Assembly (NCBI GenBank): GCA_020848965.1
Contig: JADLHE010000005.1
Span: forward strand, 1 to 63,810
Length of the DNA stretch: 63,810 nucleotides
Direction of reading: 5' to 3'
From: Saprospiraceae bacterium
Lineage (GTDB): Bacteria > Bacteroidota > Bacteroidia > Chitinophagales > Saprospiraceae
Under the pieces are notes generated by a model. It did no database searches. It was not told where the DNA came from and was given only the letters and a program-made list of their open reading frames with translations. This document shows, in pieces, positions 62,969-63,810 of the stretch; the first letter of the stretch is position 1; each line of letters starts with the position of its first letter. The translations under genes and the position numbers were made by a program.

Positions 62969-63810
62969 ATGAGCATAGTAGAAACAAATATCGGAAGCGA
63001 GGCCACTGCCGAAGTGGAGGCACAGCCAAAGCTCAAGGTTGCCATCCAAGGCGTGCCCGGTGCTTTTCACGACATCGCTGCCCGGCACTTCTTCGGCGCC
63101 GACCGGGTGGAAATCGTGGCAGCCCACACTTTCCGCCAACTCGTTGAACAAGTGGAAAGCGGCGCTGCCGACACCGGCCTCATGGCCATTGAAAACACCA
63201 TTGCTGGTAGCATCATCGGTAATTACCGATTGCTCACGGCCAGCAAACTGCGGGCAGTCGGAGAGGTTTACTTGCGCATCCGGCAGAACCTAATGGCACT
63301 GCCCGGCCAGCGAATCGAGGACCTGTGGGAAGTACACTCGCACCCCATCGCCATCGCCCAGTGCGACGAGTTCTTTGCGCAGCACCCACACATACGCCTC
63401 GTGGAAATGGAGGACACCGCCCTGAGTGCCCAGCGCATTGCGCAGCAGCAAATCAAAGGCGTTGGAGCCATCGCCAGCAGCCTCGCCGCCAGCATGTACG
63501 GCCTCGACCTGCTCGCAGAGAGCATCGAAACCAACAAGCTGAACTTCACCCGCTTCCTCGTGCTGGAGCGCATGGCTGAAGTTCAGACAACCACCAATGC
63601 CGACAAAGTTTCCCTCTTCTTCTCCCTCTCGCACGAGGTCGGCAGTCTGCACAAGGTGCTCGCCGCCCTCGCCGCCTACGGTGCGAACTTGACGAAAATC
63701 CAGTCCGCCCCCATCGAAGGACGGCCTTGGGAATACTTCTTTTTCGTTGACTTCGTCAATGAAGAAGGTGCCGAGTGGCAAGCAGCAGTTGAGGCGATTC
63801 GGCCTTTTAC
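62969..63810 (+). CDS. pheA: prephenate dehydratase, first ~280 codons (runs off the right edge)
   Basis: Absent from the ORF track because there is no stop. Own translation: MSIVETNIGSEATAEVEAQPKLKVAIQGVPGAFHDIAARHFF...GLMAIENTIAGSI...NFTRFLVL...SLFFSLSHEVGSLHKVLAALAAYGANLTKIQSAPIEGRPWEYFFFVDF (PDT plus ACT domain). Confidence 0.88.
   Translation, partial: MSIVETNIGSEATAEVEAQPKLKVAIQGVPGAFHDIAARHFFGADRVEIVAAHTFRQLVEQVESGAADTGLMAIENTIAGSIIGNYRLLTASKLRAVGEVYLRIRQNLMALPGQRIEDLWEVHSHPIAIAQCDEFFAQHPHIRLVEMEDTALSAQRIAQQQIKGVGAIASSLAASMYGLDLLAESIETNKLNFTRFLVLERMAEVQTTTNADKVSLFFSLSHEVGSLHKVLAALAAYGANLTKIQSAPIEGRPWEYFFFVDFVNEEGAEWQAAVEAIRPF

Overview
The window reads as a chromosomal, mostly housekeeping stretch of a Bacteroidota-type genome. 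Supporting signs are type A and type B T9SS C-terminal sorting domains, an atpD-atpC unit separate from the rest of atp, and TTTG/TAnnTTTG-like promoter boxes. I call about 60 protein genes, including thrBC, prs, tsaB, prfA, pabB, htpG, lipB, scpB, speA-like, atpDC, pheA, a two-component system, an ECF sigma/anti-sigma unit, a TonB receptor and secreted T9SS proteins. I found no rRNA, tRNA, CRISPR, transposase, integrase or phage genes. All function calls rest on motifs I recognise by eye; no searches were run. The non-genic signal is more unusual than the gene content. (1) Two tandem leader-peptide attenuators, each a short Phe/Trp/Tyr-rich ORF with an antiterminator and an intrinsic terminator, sit in series in front of pheA. 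(2) The window is peppered with arrays of 7-8 nt tandem words, often paired with an inverted copy to form long hairpins. They occur at gene ends, inside the atpD-atpC spacer, and in frame inside two coding genes: three sites in a UvrD-type helicase-nuclease and one in pabB. (3) A ~160-bp palindromic MITE-like element is present in two copies, each abutting a stop codon. (4) A ~45-nt word-array motif is shared by the regions just upstream of pabB and of the second pheA leader. (5) A ~42-nt hairpin motif recurs immediately upstream of start codons. (6) 42-bp tandem repeats and direct repeats lie between a membrane-anchored AraC-type regulator and a T9SS pectate lyase. I found no convincing multi-gene defence or mobile island.
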